From Amoebidium appalachense (taxonomy: Eukaryota; Protista; Ichthyosporea), in the NCBI GenBank assembly GCA_963693365.1, contig CAVNZM010000017.1, positions 4,321,375-4,385,374 on the forward strand: a stretch of 64,000 nucleotides of DNA, given 5' to 3'. Shown here piece after piece: positions 37,935-55,155 of this stretch. Made by a program: the position numbers and the translations under genes. The number at the start of each line of letters is the position of its first letter. Position 1 is the stretch's first letter. The notes under the pieces are model-generated. The model made no database searches, was not told where the DNA came from, and worked only from the letters and a program-made list of their open reading frames with translations.

Positions 37935-39075
37935 CACACACACACTCTCTCTCTCTCTCTCTCCCTCTCTCTCTCCACCTTCTCCCCCCCCCCCCCCTCC
38001 TTCTAACATATATAGTATCCCCCTTGTGAAACAGAGCAACACCTCTCTTGTTTGTGTCCACCAACACCATATGCACGAGGCTCTTACAACCATTAACCTC
38101 CCAACCAGTGGCTGAAGCAAAAACCCTAAGTCACCGTACATACTATGTTAAGATTGGTAAAGGTGTCTTTGCTAAGCTGATTGTGGGATTTGTGCCGTTA
38201 GCACCCCAGCTAGGGTACAGTCGGTGCTTAGTGGACGGCGGCACTTTAGATGAAAGACCCCGAAGGGGCTCCTTCTGGGGAAAAACGGGATATTTCAGGG
38301 GAAAAAGAAAGAAAAAAAAAACCGGCAACTCTTTAACCCTGCCTATAATATATATATATAATCAAAAAAAGGCCACCACCTCGTACAATTACAAAAGACT
38401 AATTGATTCGATCAATTCCTGCATTAGACCCCTTCACTAGCTGTACACTAATAAAACGACATATTCGTGCAAAAATTCAACGATAAGATGGGCCAATCAA
38501 CATGATTCCCTTCAGTGCCAAAAAAGGCTAAACGAAGGGAACATTTTCCACATACCCCTTCTCCCCCTTCTGACCATGCGGTGTTATCTTCTCCATCAGT
38601 CCCTAAAAAATTAAATTTACGGAAAACTTTTTAATGATAAAATGGACCGATCAACACGAGTCCCTTGCCCAAAGAAGGCTAAACGAATCGAACCTTCTCC
38701 ACATACCCCTTCTCCCCCTTCTGACCGTGTGGTGTTATCTTTTCCATCAGAACTTTCAAATTGAACCGCCTTTTCTTCGCCGCTTTGTAATTGGTTTCCG
38801 CCTGCGCCGACCAATTTCCCTGTATGGGCACAAACCACGAGGGCGGCCTAAATTCCTTCGGCGCCTTGTCAATTTCCAACGGTGTTACTAGTGGTCGCGT
38901 GACGCAATCGGCGATCTTGATCGATGTGAGATTTCCCCTGTACTCCTCCCATTGTTGCTCCATTCGCGCCTTTCTTTCCTTTTTCACCTCCTCTGCTTGA
39001 TCTTTATATTGGGCTTCAAGGATTTGCATAATCTGCTCACGCTCTAACTTGTAGCGTCTCTGTGCAGTCGGGAAA

Positions 39076-39146
<71 letters not shown>

Positions 39147-39165
39147 TGTGTCTGTGTGTGTGTGT

Positions 39166-39232
<67 letters not shown>

Positions 39233-39234
39233 AT

Positions 39235-39281
<47 letters not shown>

Positions 39282-39689
39282 CCAGAGGGGGGGGGGGGGG
39301 GAGGGGGGAAGAGGCGGGAGGGGGAGGGGTTGGAATTCGTCACAGAGTGCCGAATATACACTCGGAATGGACATTCGTCGGACAACATATGCGTCATGCA
39401 AGGTTATGCAAAAACGCACAAAGATTGTGTGTGTAAGCAGACCACATCCTCGGGGGCGAGGGGCTTATTTCATCTGCAATAACCGCTTTCGACCCATTTA
39501 CCTCGAAAAGAAAGGGAAAAGGGGGGAGGGAAAGGAGGGGAGAAGGGGTTGGAAAGTGGGGGGGGAGGGGCAGTCTGTGTTTAGGTTTATAATATGTCAT
39601 TGAAAAGGGTCAATCAGTGTTGTTGGTTTGTGGGGGGGTAAGATGGATTTTTTTTATATATTTTTGGGGAGGGGGCATGTGTTTCTGTC

Positions 39690-39973
<284 letters not shown>

Positions 39974-40200
39974 CGTGCGTGCGTGTGCACGCGGTGGGGG
40001 TGGGAGGATGCGTGTTTAGGTGTGTGTGTGGGGGGGGGGGGGGGGGGGGGGGGGGAGAGAGGGGGGGGGAGGGGGAGGGGAGAAAGATTGGGCGGAGAAG
40101 AACGGTAGTGGCTGTGATGATGTAAGAAAAGTGGTATGTGTTTTTATTCTATATTATGATTTTGTTGTTCAAAATTTGCTTTTTTAAAGGTGGAAGGGGT

Positions 40201-40238
<38 letters not shown>

Positions 40239-41066
40239 TCCCAATCTAGAAGTTACCCAACAATCAAACAAAAACGATTTGCCAATTTGCCAATGAAGAT
40301 TGTACATTACTGTAACTTGTTAGAAAACACACAGGCATCACACAGAGGCCATAAATGCAGAAAAATTGAGGAAACCACTACCCGGGAAGAAAACAGAAAC
40401 CACTACTAGGGGAGAAAATATATCCTCCGGTACCCGGCCCAACTCCATGTTCACCAGTCACTCTTTAAAAGCCAACGTACTTGGCGGACCCTCCTCTTCC
40501 TTCTCCCCCCCCCCCCCCCCTCCCCCCCCAGCCCCGTCTCTTGCCCTGCTCCCTTCTCCTCCCCTCTCTTCCCCTCCCCCCCCCCCCCCCCCCCTCCTCC
40601 CCCCCCTCCCCCCCCCCCCCCCCCCCCCCCCCCCACCACCACCACCACCACCACCACCACCACAACCATAAATTACATAAACACATAGCCAGGGCATTGC
40701 CAAATAAATTCAAGAATTCACAGTAATTTTGAAGTTCTGCACGAATACCCATGTAATGGTTGACCAATTTCTTAGGAGTGACAAAGAAATAGGTTGCAGA
40801 GTGCGATCTCCAAAACAGGTACTACACAACCTGGGTTATTGCAAGCTTCACCATCCCCACACCCCTTCCCCCCCTTCCCGCCCTCCCCAGCCTCCTCCCC
40901 CCCCCGCCCCCCCTCCCTCCCCCATCCTCCCCTCCTTCACACTCACACACCCACCCAAACACCCACCACCACCACCACCCAAACCCATTCAACCCCAACT
41001 CCCAAAGTACCCAAAACCAAACCAAAACCAATTCTTTTGAGACCACAAACACAAAAAGAACAGAAG

Positions 41067-41115
<49 letters not shown>

Positions 41116-41201
41116 AAAAGAAAAGAAAAAAGGAAAGAAAGAAAGAAACAGGGAAAAAATAGGAATAGTGAAAGCCACAGAAAAAGCACTTTTGCACTCA
41201 C

Positions 41202-41753
41202 CTGTACGTCGATGATGGCCACATGTTCCTCTATCGACATACGACACAGCCACATGTTCAACTCGCTCGCATCCATATTGACCCATTCTACGCCCTCTGG
41301 CCCCTCCTCCTCCCAAGCTTCCTCCTCAAAATCCGCGTTTGTAATTTCCTCCGCCTTTTTGTTTTCCTTTTCGTAAACGGGGCATCCGCGCATGCACGCG
41401 ATGAAAGGGTGATGCGAGTGTGCCCATTCCTCTTTGCGATCGTTAACGCTCACACTGCTTGCAACAGATTCACGGTTTTCGTTTCTCTCATGTTTTGCCG
41501 TTAACTTGAAAGGATTAACACTGGGTAAAGTTGTGTTTTTCTTCGCTGTTGGGTCGTAACCAGGGCACCCCTCCATGCACGGAATTGCTGGGTGGTGAGT
41601 GTGGTTGTATTTTTCGGGGTTTGTTTTGTCGTTTTTCGTAGTGGGCCCCATGGATTGTGTGCGCGCAGCACAATTGTCCAACCCATTCGAGTCATTGCTA
41701 GATGCACTAGCAGTGCTGCTCAGACTGTTGTATTTGTATGACCGGCCGGGCAT
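41202..41753 (-). CDS. Probable first exon of an uncharacterised protein with two HxHHPxIxCMxGCPxY motifs
   Basis: ATG at 41753, 184 open codons, CAG/GTGAGT donor at 41202/41201; downstream exons not resolved. Confidence 0.6.
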
Positions 41754-42497
41754 TTTCAGATTTTTAGCTCTGCTGATAAAGAAAACCCCGTGTTTATGCC
41801 TCGCTTGCTTTATGTTTTCCCTTACCCACACCGGATAGGGTCACGGCATTTACTCTCTGCTCAGTCTGGTTACTGGATGATTCACTTCCAATTCGTTCAG
41901 AAGGAAGTGGGGAAAACTCACTACATTCAAACTATGTGTTTTGTGTAGTTCTACAAGTTAAAAAAGATAAGAAACTCAGCTATGCCTACATACTATAGTT
42001 GCAAAGAATAAAGTGAAACCGAACGGCCTTTTTCAAGCTGTCGCCACATGACTTGGAAGGGGATTTGGCGCGAATTTGGAGCAAAAAGATATTCGCATTT
42101 GTGATTGGATGACTTTCCAAAAATGCGGTGGATTGGCTAAAAACGCACCCAATGGAATGTAGAATAACCATATACGGCTATTTAGGTGTGGCCTGCGGCC
42201 GGGCCAGGCCGGCCGGCCGGGCTGCCGGGCAGCGGTGGGGGAGCTGCGCAGGGTGGGGGGGGGAGGGAAGGACGGGAGGTGGGGGGGAGGGAGGAACTTG
42301 TTCTTAATTCGGTTTTCTTCTCTAGTAGAAAGGCTGTGTTTGTTGCTTTCTCACACTCTCACTTGAGTATTCTCTCCTCCGGCATGTCATATGCATATTC
42401 TCTCAGGCCTCTCTGTCGAGCTCACACACACTCACACTGTGACATGTACACGAAGCTCTTCCCCAGGCACCCCACCCCCCTTCCCCACCCCCTCCCC

Positions 42498-42574
<77 letters not shown>

Positions 42575-42589
42575 CTATACGTGTATATA

Positions 42590-42644
<55 letters not shown>

Positions 42645-42667
42645 ATATATGCCATATATATATATCT

Positions 42668-42850
42668 TTTTTTATTTTATCCCGTTTTGTTCCCGGAGGG
42701 ACCCCTTGGGCCCTCAGGGGGAACTACCGTCTTCCACCCAGCACCGACAGTACTCTAGCTAGGGTGCTTCGGTATTTTTAGCTAAGCTAACACACCTTTA
42801 AACAATCCTAACTATTTGCACACACTTTGCCCAGGGTATTCACCCCAGCG
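42668..42850 (-). repeat. Second copy of the hairpin-ended retroposon 3' end
   Basis: Shared with 25085-25267: actaccgtct.ccacccagcaccga, gctaagctaa, cacactttgcccaggg. Confidence 0.65.
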
Positions 42851-42961
42851 ACGCCGGTTCTATCTATCTAACTATCTTTCAGATTCTATCTCTTGCCAAA
42901 TCTGCCAAATCATTGTTTGTTTGTTTTTTTTTGTTTTTTGTTTTTTTTTTTTTGTTTTTTT

Positions 42962-43057
<96 letters not shown>

Positions 43058-44116
43058 TGTAACTCGAGTGCACATGCAGTTTTCATTATGGGTTCAAAGA
43101 GATCAACAACTTCAGTAGTAAACCGGAAATCAAACGTGCTCGTAAAAAGGAAAAAACTTTTCAGCGAGAAGCTTAGCTCCACAAAAATACAAAAACGAGG
43201 AATTAAGCCTAGGAACAAAGAAAAAACTCTCGAACGTTTGCAATTGAATGGAGGCTGAGGCATAATTGCCGCCCCGCGGGGAAGGGAGGGGAGGAAGGGG
43301 GGGGGAGGGGGGGGGGGGGGGGGAAGGGGGGGGGGGGGGGGGGGGAGCCGCTGACTGAGGCATTATGTACTCCCAAACGTTCAGACGAAACACCCAAAAA
43401 AAAAGCCGTAATATTCCTAGTTTTTTTGTTGTTTTATAAAATTTTTATATTCCTTCTTTTTTTTTTTTTAGAGTTTGAAAACGGCTTTCCGGCCAGGATT
43501 CTTTTTTATTGACTCCAAACCCCTTGTGCTGATGTTGCATACCAAATCATCCATAATCTACATCAATCAACGTGATGTTGTTTATTATAGCTCATGATGT
43601 ATGTGTTATCTACAAACAGCTTGTAAGCTACTGTAGTTGCAGCCCCCTCCTCTCTCCTCCCTCCCTCCCTCAACCCACGCAAGTATGCTTAGATGTTGCA
43701 CCACTACAAAAGAAGGGAAAGGGACTGTGTGATTTTAAATTTAAAGATTGATTATTCTAAAAAAAAATGAGAAATAAAGAATAAAAAAATTGGTGTGAAA
43801 ACCTCAGCCAATAAAGGAACCCCACTCTTTCAGAGGGTCATACAACTCAATGTACAGGAAATCTACGGGAATGAGGGTATAAATTGAACCCAAATAGCGC
43901 TCATGACAGTACAACTGTCTTCTCATGTCAGTGGAAAAATGTTGAAATTTTGATGTGTCTAAAAAACATCTACACTAATTTACGCTTTATCTGTACACGT
44001 GGCATGATCCCATCTCTCTTGCCTGGTAGTGAAAACTCTCGATCTGTTGGTTCTTCTGATAATAGTAGTACAAGATATCCACAAAAAAATAAAAAAAGGT
44101 TTCTAACGAACACAAA

Positions 44117-45314
44117 CTAGAAATTTAAGTGGAACACAGCCCACAGCCCCATCAACCAACCCCACCCCATATATAAAGGACCCCTCGGGCTTCCATTCTC
44201 AAACGTCCTAAACGTCTGATTTTTCGAAGGGAGAAGAACAATCCCCGCGAGCGTCGACGCGTGTTCCTCCTGAGTAAACTCTCCCCATAGATCGCTGTTC
44301 TCCGAAATTCCGCCTTGCGGGTACTGAAATTCCTCAACTTGTCTCCGCCGCCTCGCCAACGCCTCAAATTCCACGAGAACGGACGCCGAGAGAGAAAACC
44401 GCATCGCGTCGCCCGGTTCAAGCGCGTTCGCTTGCCCCACGAACGTCTCGTTCACTTTGTGCACGACGTATAGATAAGCGACCGACCCGTTAGCTCTCAA
44501 AACCTCCATTGATACCGTCGGCGCATGGTTAACCCCCGGGCCCGTAAGGGTGTTTGTTAACCGCGTAACGTTTGCCTTTTTCAGAGTCGGTCCCCGGAAG
44601 CGAATCCGCAAAATCATGCTGTCGCCGTACGTCAGCGTGTTGGTTAATTTCGCCGGATTGTCCGGATCGACCAATCGCATCTCTTCAATCATAACGATAT
44701 CGTTAATCGTCCTTGCCGGAGCCCGATCGTTGCAGAACTGGTCCGAGACGATCGAAAATTGAACGTTGGTGAGTTCGTTTGTCTGTAGGGGGCAGTCTGA
44801 GGCGGGCAATCCCGCGGCGCACCCGATTGAAACATTTGCGATTTGGTACAAACCGCTTATGTTGCAGGCGGAATTGTGGATCATTTGGACCGTCAAGTTA
44901 CGACGGCAGTGGTTGTTTGTGTAGTCACTCGGAGAGGTGCATGTGTTGACGGTACTGTTGACCTGTGGTTGGGAAAATGGTGGTAGTGTTAGAATGTGTG
45001 GCGTACATATAAAATCTTAGTTTTGGCATAAAATCTTGGTTTTGGCATACAGCTAAACACTTTGTGGCTTACATACCTAAATATAGTTTTGATGTGGAAA
45101 AAAATGAAGAGAGGGTGCGGGCGGGAGGCAGATGGAAGAGGGATGAGTGAAGGGGGGGGGGGGGGGGAGGGGGGAGGGGGGCAGACATGTGTAACAGAGT
45201 ACAATGTACATTTTTAGCTTTTGCTTTATTTTATTTTACTTTAGTTTATTTGTTATATTATATTTTTATTTATTTATTTTCGCCATTTTCCTTTTTTTTT
45301 CCTTTTTTTTTCCT

Positions 45315-45384
<70 letters not shown>

Positions 45385-46514
45385 GACATACCGTCATTGC
45401 ACCAGGAGTCATGGGACTTCCAGCCAGCCCCAAAACGTTAAACCACCCATTCACGGTGTACGGCCAAGATACTTGATATGTCAGGCCGAGATAACTTTTC
45501 CCGTTTCCGACAGCTAGACTGGTGACCGTACTATCCAGAGCATAGGGTGCGTACACTGTGATATTCGAAGTTGCGTTGAGCGAAATTGTGACGTTTAGAG
45601 GCACATAGACGTCCAAAAGCATGTTTTCCGTCGCCGTCCGCCACAAATTTACACCCGGGATAACCTGCTCCTGATATCCAACCGAAACATATCCCGAATA
45701 TTTCTTGTAATTTGTCCCGTTGATGTTGGTGATATTTATAGTATATCCACACCCACTATCCAGAGTAGATAGCGGGACTTTTCCGCTTATTGTATCTGTA
45801 CATGTGGATTGTCCGGTAGAGGTCGATGATAGGGCAGTCATTGATGTGGGGTCGCAGTTGCCGATGGAAAACGTTGTGTACTGCCGTGTGCTGACGCTGC
45901 GTGTTTGCACCTGTGGGTGAAAAAAAAAAAAAAAAAAAAAAAAAAGGAAGTACGTCGGTGTGTATTTCTGAAATTATTAATTATCCTGCAGTTTGGCTGG
46001 TAGAAGGAGCGTGCCGGACCGGATGGGGGAATGTAATCGACACAGGGCCGCGAGTAAGCGTATATTTGCGCGCAAATAGTACTTCGTTATGGGAAAGAGA
46101 AAAATTTGTGCATTCACTATTATTGGTTCGAGTCAAGAAGGGAGTATGCGGGAGTGTACATATGAACGTAATTGAGACCAGGACGGCAAGCAGGCGATTA
46201 TTCGCGCGCAATCAATAATTACAGAGGGAAAAGGAAATTGGGTCATACATATTTGCGCGGATAGTGTGCAGCAATACGATGCTATGGCTGCATGAAGAAC
46301 CACAAAACAGGGTATTCAATCGATGATATTGAACAGCAATCCCAAGTGAAACATAGGAAGCGAATAGGAGAACAGATAATGCACTACTTGGCTTTAGGTG
46401 CCAAGGTATAAGGTATTATAACAACCACGTCGCATAGAAAAGTGAGCAGCGCGCACGAAACACACTAACTTTGCGAAACACAAGCTGAGCCCATCTTCCG
46501 TGAGTTTGAGGGGT

Positions 46515-46545
<31 letters not shown>

Positions 46546-46895
46546 GGAGGGGGGGAGGGGGGGGAGGGGGGGGGGGGAGAGGGGACGGGAGCGAGAAAAA
46601 TGCTTACCACAGCCTCAACCAAAGCGTTTGCAGTTCCTTCAACATTCGCGCTTACTGAAGCCAACCAAAACGATGATGAAGCCGAGGGCACGGCCCCATC
46701 CAAACCCAAACAATAACTGTCATTCGTTGCTGTGCTGCAGGTGCTTCCTCCGAAAAATGAGTAGCACAAACATGCAGTGGCATTTGTACTGAGTGTGAAA
46801 TTAACACCGTTTCCTGAGCACTGCGCTGAAATCAGAGAAGGCGAAAGGGAAAAGAGGAGAAGAGAAGAGAGAGCGAAAAAGTGTAGTCGAGCCAT
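44117..46895 (-). CDS. Secreted/surface protein (~550 aa): signal peptide, EGF-like domain, ZP-module-like region, RRRR site, hydrophobic tail; exons 46895-46608, 45910-45392, 44962-44117
   Basis: Two phase-0 GT-AG introns (GTAAGC..CACAG; GTATGT..CACAG) join three ORFs in frame; MARLHFFALSSLLLFSL signal; CLCYSFFGGSTC; many N-x-S/T sites. Confidence 0.8.
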
Positions 46896-48409
46896 GTTTT
46901 CTTTAAGATAACAATGAACATTAAAGAAGAGTAGGGCTATCTTAAACTAGAACTGTCGGTCGATTCCATGAGTTGTTCGGCTTTCGTGTAATATTCAAGA
47001 ACTTTGGCAGCGAGATGTCTGAGAGTTGACTTCAGGTTTGCCTTCCTTCGTTTGGAAACCGGAATACGGGTTCTGCATGTAGTTCAGGCCAAAGCTTTGG
47101 TTTTTTCGATTCGTTCGGAAAATCTCTACGAGTTAATAGTAGAAGAGACGAAATAAATTGCAAAGGCGTGTGGCCAGCAGTCTAGTGGCAGTTCTTTACA
47201 ACCAGAAAAAAATATGGTGGTGTGGGCGTGTTAAAAAGGTTGTTGCCAAACGATGCTTTGGTTTTTCGGGGGTATTGGTTTGTATAGTCGCTGGCTGTGT
47301 GCATGAACGGACTAACTATTGCCTCTTACAATCGCAAACAAAACGTTTACACTGCCGCACACTATAGAGGACCTTGGAAGTGTTGCTTTCCATATAACTT
47401 TCTTAGTACTCAAACAAAGTGGCAGTTTTGGCCCGTTGTGAAGACTTAGTCCGCGCAATGCGATGGCCATACAAGTCCGCGAGAGCGGAGAAAACATATG
47501 CCCACGGCTACAACATGATAATGCACGAATAGTATCGTTTATTCGCGCGAGAAAGAATTCTTATTAGTTGTAAACGAACAATTTGGCCAGAGACATGCCT
47601 GCATTCTTGTCGGGTTCATTTTTATCAGAGGAATGTCACATGAGCAAGTGTTAGACAGACTCTTGGATACATACCGTGATAGCCACACAGGCAATTTTTT
47701 TTTGACAATTTCACTTTGCGTACAATATTTTTGTTGGTATTATAATAAGACATGTCTAGGTTTTTTTTTCTTATTGTCTCCGATGATGCAGTTATGCCCA
47801 GAGTGGAGCTGAGTTATGACATGAGTGATGTGCACGTGCAGCCTTCTGGAATGCGTCAGGCGCCACAAAACCCAATCATAATGCACTAAGTAACGAAAAA
47901 CACATTTTTCCATCTTACACGGCCGGGCTTGCTGATCTGAGATTCTGGTAAGACGCCTCTGGGATACATCATCATGCTCAAAACTCTGACATTATCTTTC
48001 TTCACGGTCCTTGTTACGGCGTTTGACCTATGCAAAAAAAACATATTTTTTTTTAATTTGCTAAGGTACTGTGTGAAATGGAGGGAGCCCGTGGCACAGG
48101 TACACAAATACCGACGACCGGCGATCTGCTACAGCTAAGTTATCTTCCTCATCTCGGCATGGTCTGGCAAACTGGTAGGTGCCTGCTGAATGGTGAGGTA
48201 CTCATGCACTTCCATGTACATAACTAGAAAGTATTAATGAGTACATAATTACATGACTAATATGACAATCTTATATCGGCATTTACTATCTTACAAAATC
48301 ACAGGGGAATGTTTTTCTGTGACCTGCTCATATTGCACGTACAGCAAATGACGGGCATACCGATGGGCTTCTGGAATGCCTGGTATGTGCCTCTTACCAA
48401 AGTCACACT

Positions 48410-51292
<2,883 letters not shown>

Positions 51293-52174
51293 CGGGGAAC
51301 CCCAACTAATTGATTTCTCTTTGTAGTCTTTATGGTGTCTCGTAGAGAAAGTAAACCCTGATATATAGTCATCACCCGACATCTATGTACGTGATCATGA
51401 TATACCGCTGAGGGAATATTCCGAGCAAAAACCCCCCCATACCTGAGACTGGTTTCTCTTTGCCTCGAGTAAACAGCGTAAACCCCTTACCTATATCCAT
51501 CTCTAACTTAGGACCTACCAGAACAGGACACAGGCCGGCCCGATTGAATCGAGCCCACTCGGCCAGTCGGCGCACGAACGTGTATTCGCAAACACAGGCA
51601 TACACAGTGTGACACACCTTTGCATGATTTTTGCACGCACGCAAATCTGCACGTGGCTTGGGCCCTTTGCACGCACGGAAATCTGCACGTGGCTTGGGCC
51701 CATGGCCATCAGCGGGCTGAGAGTCTAAGAACACCCCGCAGCCTTCCGATCCGGACCACCATGGCACTGCCGTGCGACCTGCAAGTAGCCAGAAAGAACA
51801 ACAACAATATCGCTATTATAATATATGATATTTTTTTTAAAAAATATGATCATAGCACGACTAGGCCTAGGAGCCTCGTGACATGATGTTGTTGCAATTA
51901 CATTGCTGCGCAGCACTCTGGCAGAGACACACATTCTTTGACAAGCTGTTGCATTCAAATCAGTCTCACTGTGCCACGGACAATGGTCGCATTCGGCTCA
52001 CAGGTGGCTACACGTCGTTGCAAATAAATCATTCATGACTATGTGGGTGGCCGTTCAAAAAAAAAAATCTGGTTTTTGCGTAAAATTTCAAAGGCCTAAT
52101 CTAGATCATCGGGCCCTCGAGCTCTCAGAGTGAGTGATGCATATGCTCATCCTCGAGCCTCCCTCTCAAACCCC

Positions 52175-52233
<59 letters not shown>

Positions 52234-52549
52234 CCCCCCCCCCCCCCCCCCCCCCCCCGGACGCTCCGTCTCTCTCTCTCCCTCTTTCTCCCCTCCCCTC
52301 TCTCTCTCACCCTCAGAGTCTCTCTCTCTCTTTCTCTCTCCCCCTCTCTCCATTTCTCTCAACTCTCCTTCCCCCCCCCCCCCCCCTCTCTCCTTCCTCC
52401 CCCCTCCCTCCGGCCCCCCTCAAAATCCCTCTCTCTCTCTCCCCCTCGGTACACACGTAGTACATTTTCCCCCCCCCTGCCCCCTTCCCCCCCTGCCCAG
52501 CCCCCGATTCTCTCTCTCTGAGTCCCCTCCTCCCCCCCTTTCCCCCCCC

Positions 52550-52613
<64 letters not shown>

Positions 52614-53753
52614 GTCACTGTCTCTCTCTCCCCCCCCCCCCCCCCCCCCCCCGGGGCCCCTGCCGAAGGCTCTCTGACTCTCTCCCCTCCCCCCCCCCCC
52701 CCCCCCCCCCCCCCCGAGGCTCTCTCTTTCTCTCTCTCCTCCCTCTCTCTTTCTATCTCCCCGAGGCTCTCCTGGGTTCCTCTCTCTCTCCCCCCGAGGC
52801 TCTCTCTCTCTCCCCCTTCCAGAGTCTCTCTGATTTCTCTCAGAGTCCCTCCCTCTCTCTCAGCACTTCCGAGGCTCTCTCACTCACCCCCTCCCAGTCT
52901 CTCTCTCAGCCTCTCTGTGTGTGTGTGTGTGTCTCTCTCTCTCTCTATCTCTCTCCCCCCCCCCCCCCCCCCTCCCCCCCCCCTCTCTCCCTCTCCCTCC
53001 CCCCCGGAGGCTCCCTCAGTCTCTCTGTCAGACTCCGTCTGTCTCTATCTATCTCTCCCTCCCTGCCTCCCTCTCTCTCTCCCGGGCCCTCTCTCTCAGC
53101 CTGTCGCACTCTCTCTGTCCACGGTCTCAGTCTCTCCGATCTTTCCCCCAAATTTCTCCCTCTCGAGCGTTCAGACACACACTCCGAAGTTTCTCAACCC
53201 CCCCCTCCCCCCCTCCCCCCCCCCCCCCCCCCCCCCCTCCCTCCCCTTCCCCTTCCTCCTTCTCAGTCCCCAGACCCCCCCCCCACCTGCTCTTTCCGGC
53301 TCCCCCTTCCTCAAGGTTCTCGTACGCGTAACTTAGTCGTAGGAGGTCACATAGTTGCCAACTTCCATGCCAAGTTTGTTTGGTACTTTGTGACCAGTAA
53401 GTTAGTGTCAGTGCATACGAAAATGCCCTGGGTACACCGCTGTGTCACACTTGGCAAGTGAAGACGGTAAACTCTATAAGATGAACCGGGAAAAAATAAA
53501 AGGCCGGTAACAAATAAACCTTACGCAAGGAAGTGGGTCACATCATGGCACAGACAAGCATACAAGCACACACACACTGAGGCTAGCTCCCCGGAGTCTC
53601 GCGGTGGGGGACCTTTTCTCCTTCATGACCAGGACCTGCAGTGGGATGGGACTAAAGCTTTTCGATTCTTGAGGCTCTTAAAACTACTAAAGCTTTTCGA
53701 TTCTTTACATCTCTTAATTAAAAAGTTGTTTTCCAAGGACTTTCTCTCTCTCT

Positions 53754-53805
<52 letters not shown>

Positions 53806-53846
53806 TTTGGGGGGGGGGGAGGAGGGGAGGGGTGAAGGTGGGGGTG

Positions 53847-53893
<47 letters not shown>

Positions 53894-54834
53894 ACCCACC
53901 CACCCACCCACCCACCCACCCGCCCACCCACCCACACACACGTCGCGCACTCGCACACACACACTGGGCTATGCACACCCACACTGTGACGCTTGCCAAT
54001 GTGGCACCCGCACACAGAGTACTCCAGACACACACACAACGAAACAAGTGCACACCGTCACGCCGTGGCAAACACATGATACACACATGCACTTCATACA
54101 CAAACTCACACTCACGCCCCAGATCTCGAAGGTGCATGCGCGCGTGCAGTGCCAGGCACTTCTGTTCCTTTTGTTCTTTTCTTTTTTCCGGATGAAAAAA
54201 AGAAAAAACAAAAAGAAAAAAAAAAAAGGGGGGGGGGGGGGGGGGCTGGTCCTACAAGCTCAATTGCAACGGGTGGAGTGTTTTGGCATTTGGATTTTTT
54301 CAAGTTTATATTAGGGTTGGTTTACGATTATCAACACACGGTGCCGATATTTCATTAAACCCGGTCTACATACATGACGCCGTGGTTTGACCAACACTAC
54401 GATATTTCAACACTACGATACTAACCCATAACATGTCGTATGTACCATGTACCAAAACGTATCTCTAAAATAAAACATACACATTGAATCATATATCGGC
54501 CACAATACACAGTGCAAACACATTCATTCCAAGTCTTGAGCAAACTCAAATAACAATATCAATCATGATATATACATAAAATTTCATTCATTCAGCGCGG
54601 CTTCAACACAGTATCAGAAAGTAGACAAGAAAGGAGAAAGTGAGAGAGGATGAGGGGGGGGAGGGGGGGGGGAGGAGGAGAGAGAGAGAGAGAGAGGGTG
54701 AGAGAGAGAGACGGGGCTGGGCGGGTGAGGAAAACTAGGAAAACAATGATGGAACCCCCCCCCCCCCCCCAAAAAAAAAAAAAAAAAAGAGGAAGAAGAA
54801 GAAGAAGAAGAAAGACTGAAAAAAAGATGCAGCC

Positions 54835-55110
54835 TTATTGGAAAAAACCTTGCGGTAGCCCCTTTGTCCCATCCTCGCTGCATCCAAACGCCGTATCGGT
54901 GGCCCATAGAATCGCCTCCGTGAGAGTGTTTGCAACAACCACGTTCCCATCCTTCAAAACGACAAACACGTTTCCTCTCTTGCTGCTTGCCTGCCAAAGG
55001 GGTTCGGCATTTCTACTCCTTGACCTTTTGTCGAAAAGCTGTGCCGAACCATCGTTTGACATCTGCAAAAAAACGAACGGGCAAGAAAACGTTAGAAATG
55101 GTTGTGATGT

Positions 55111-55155
<45 letters not shown>

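Noticed and set aside
42964-43056. ~90-nt G homopolymer as a functional element
   Set aside because: Homopolymer lengths are unreliable in assemblies and such runs are ubiquitous here
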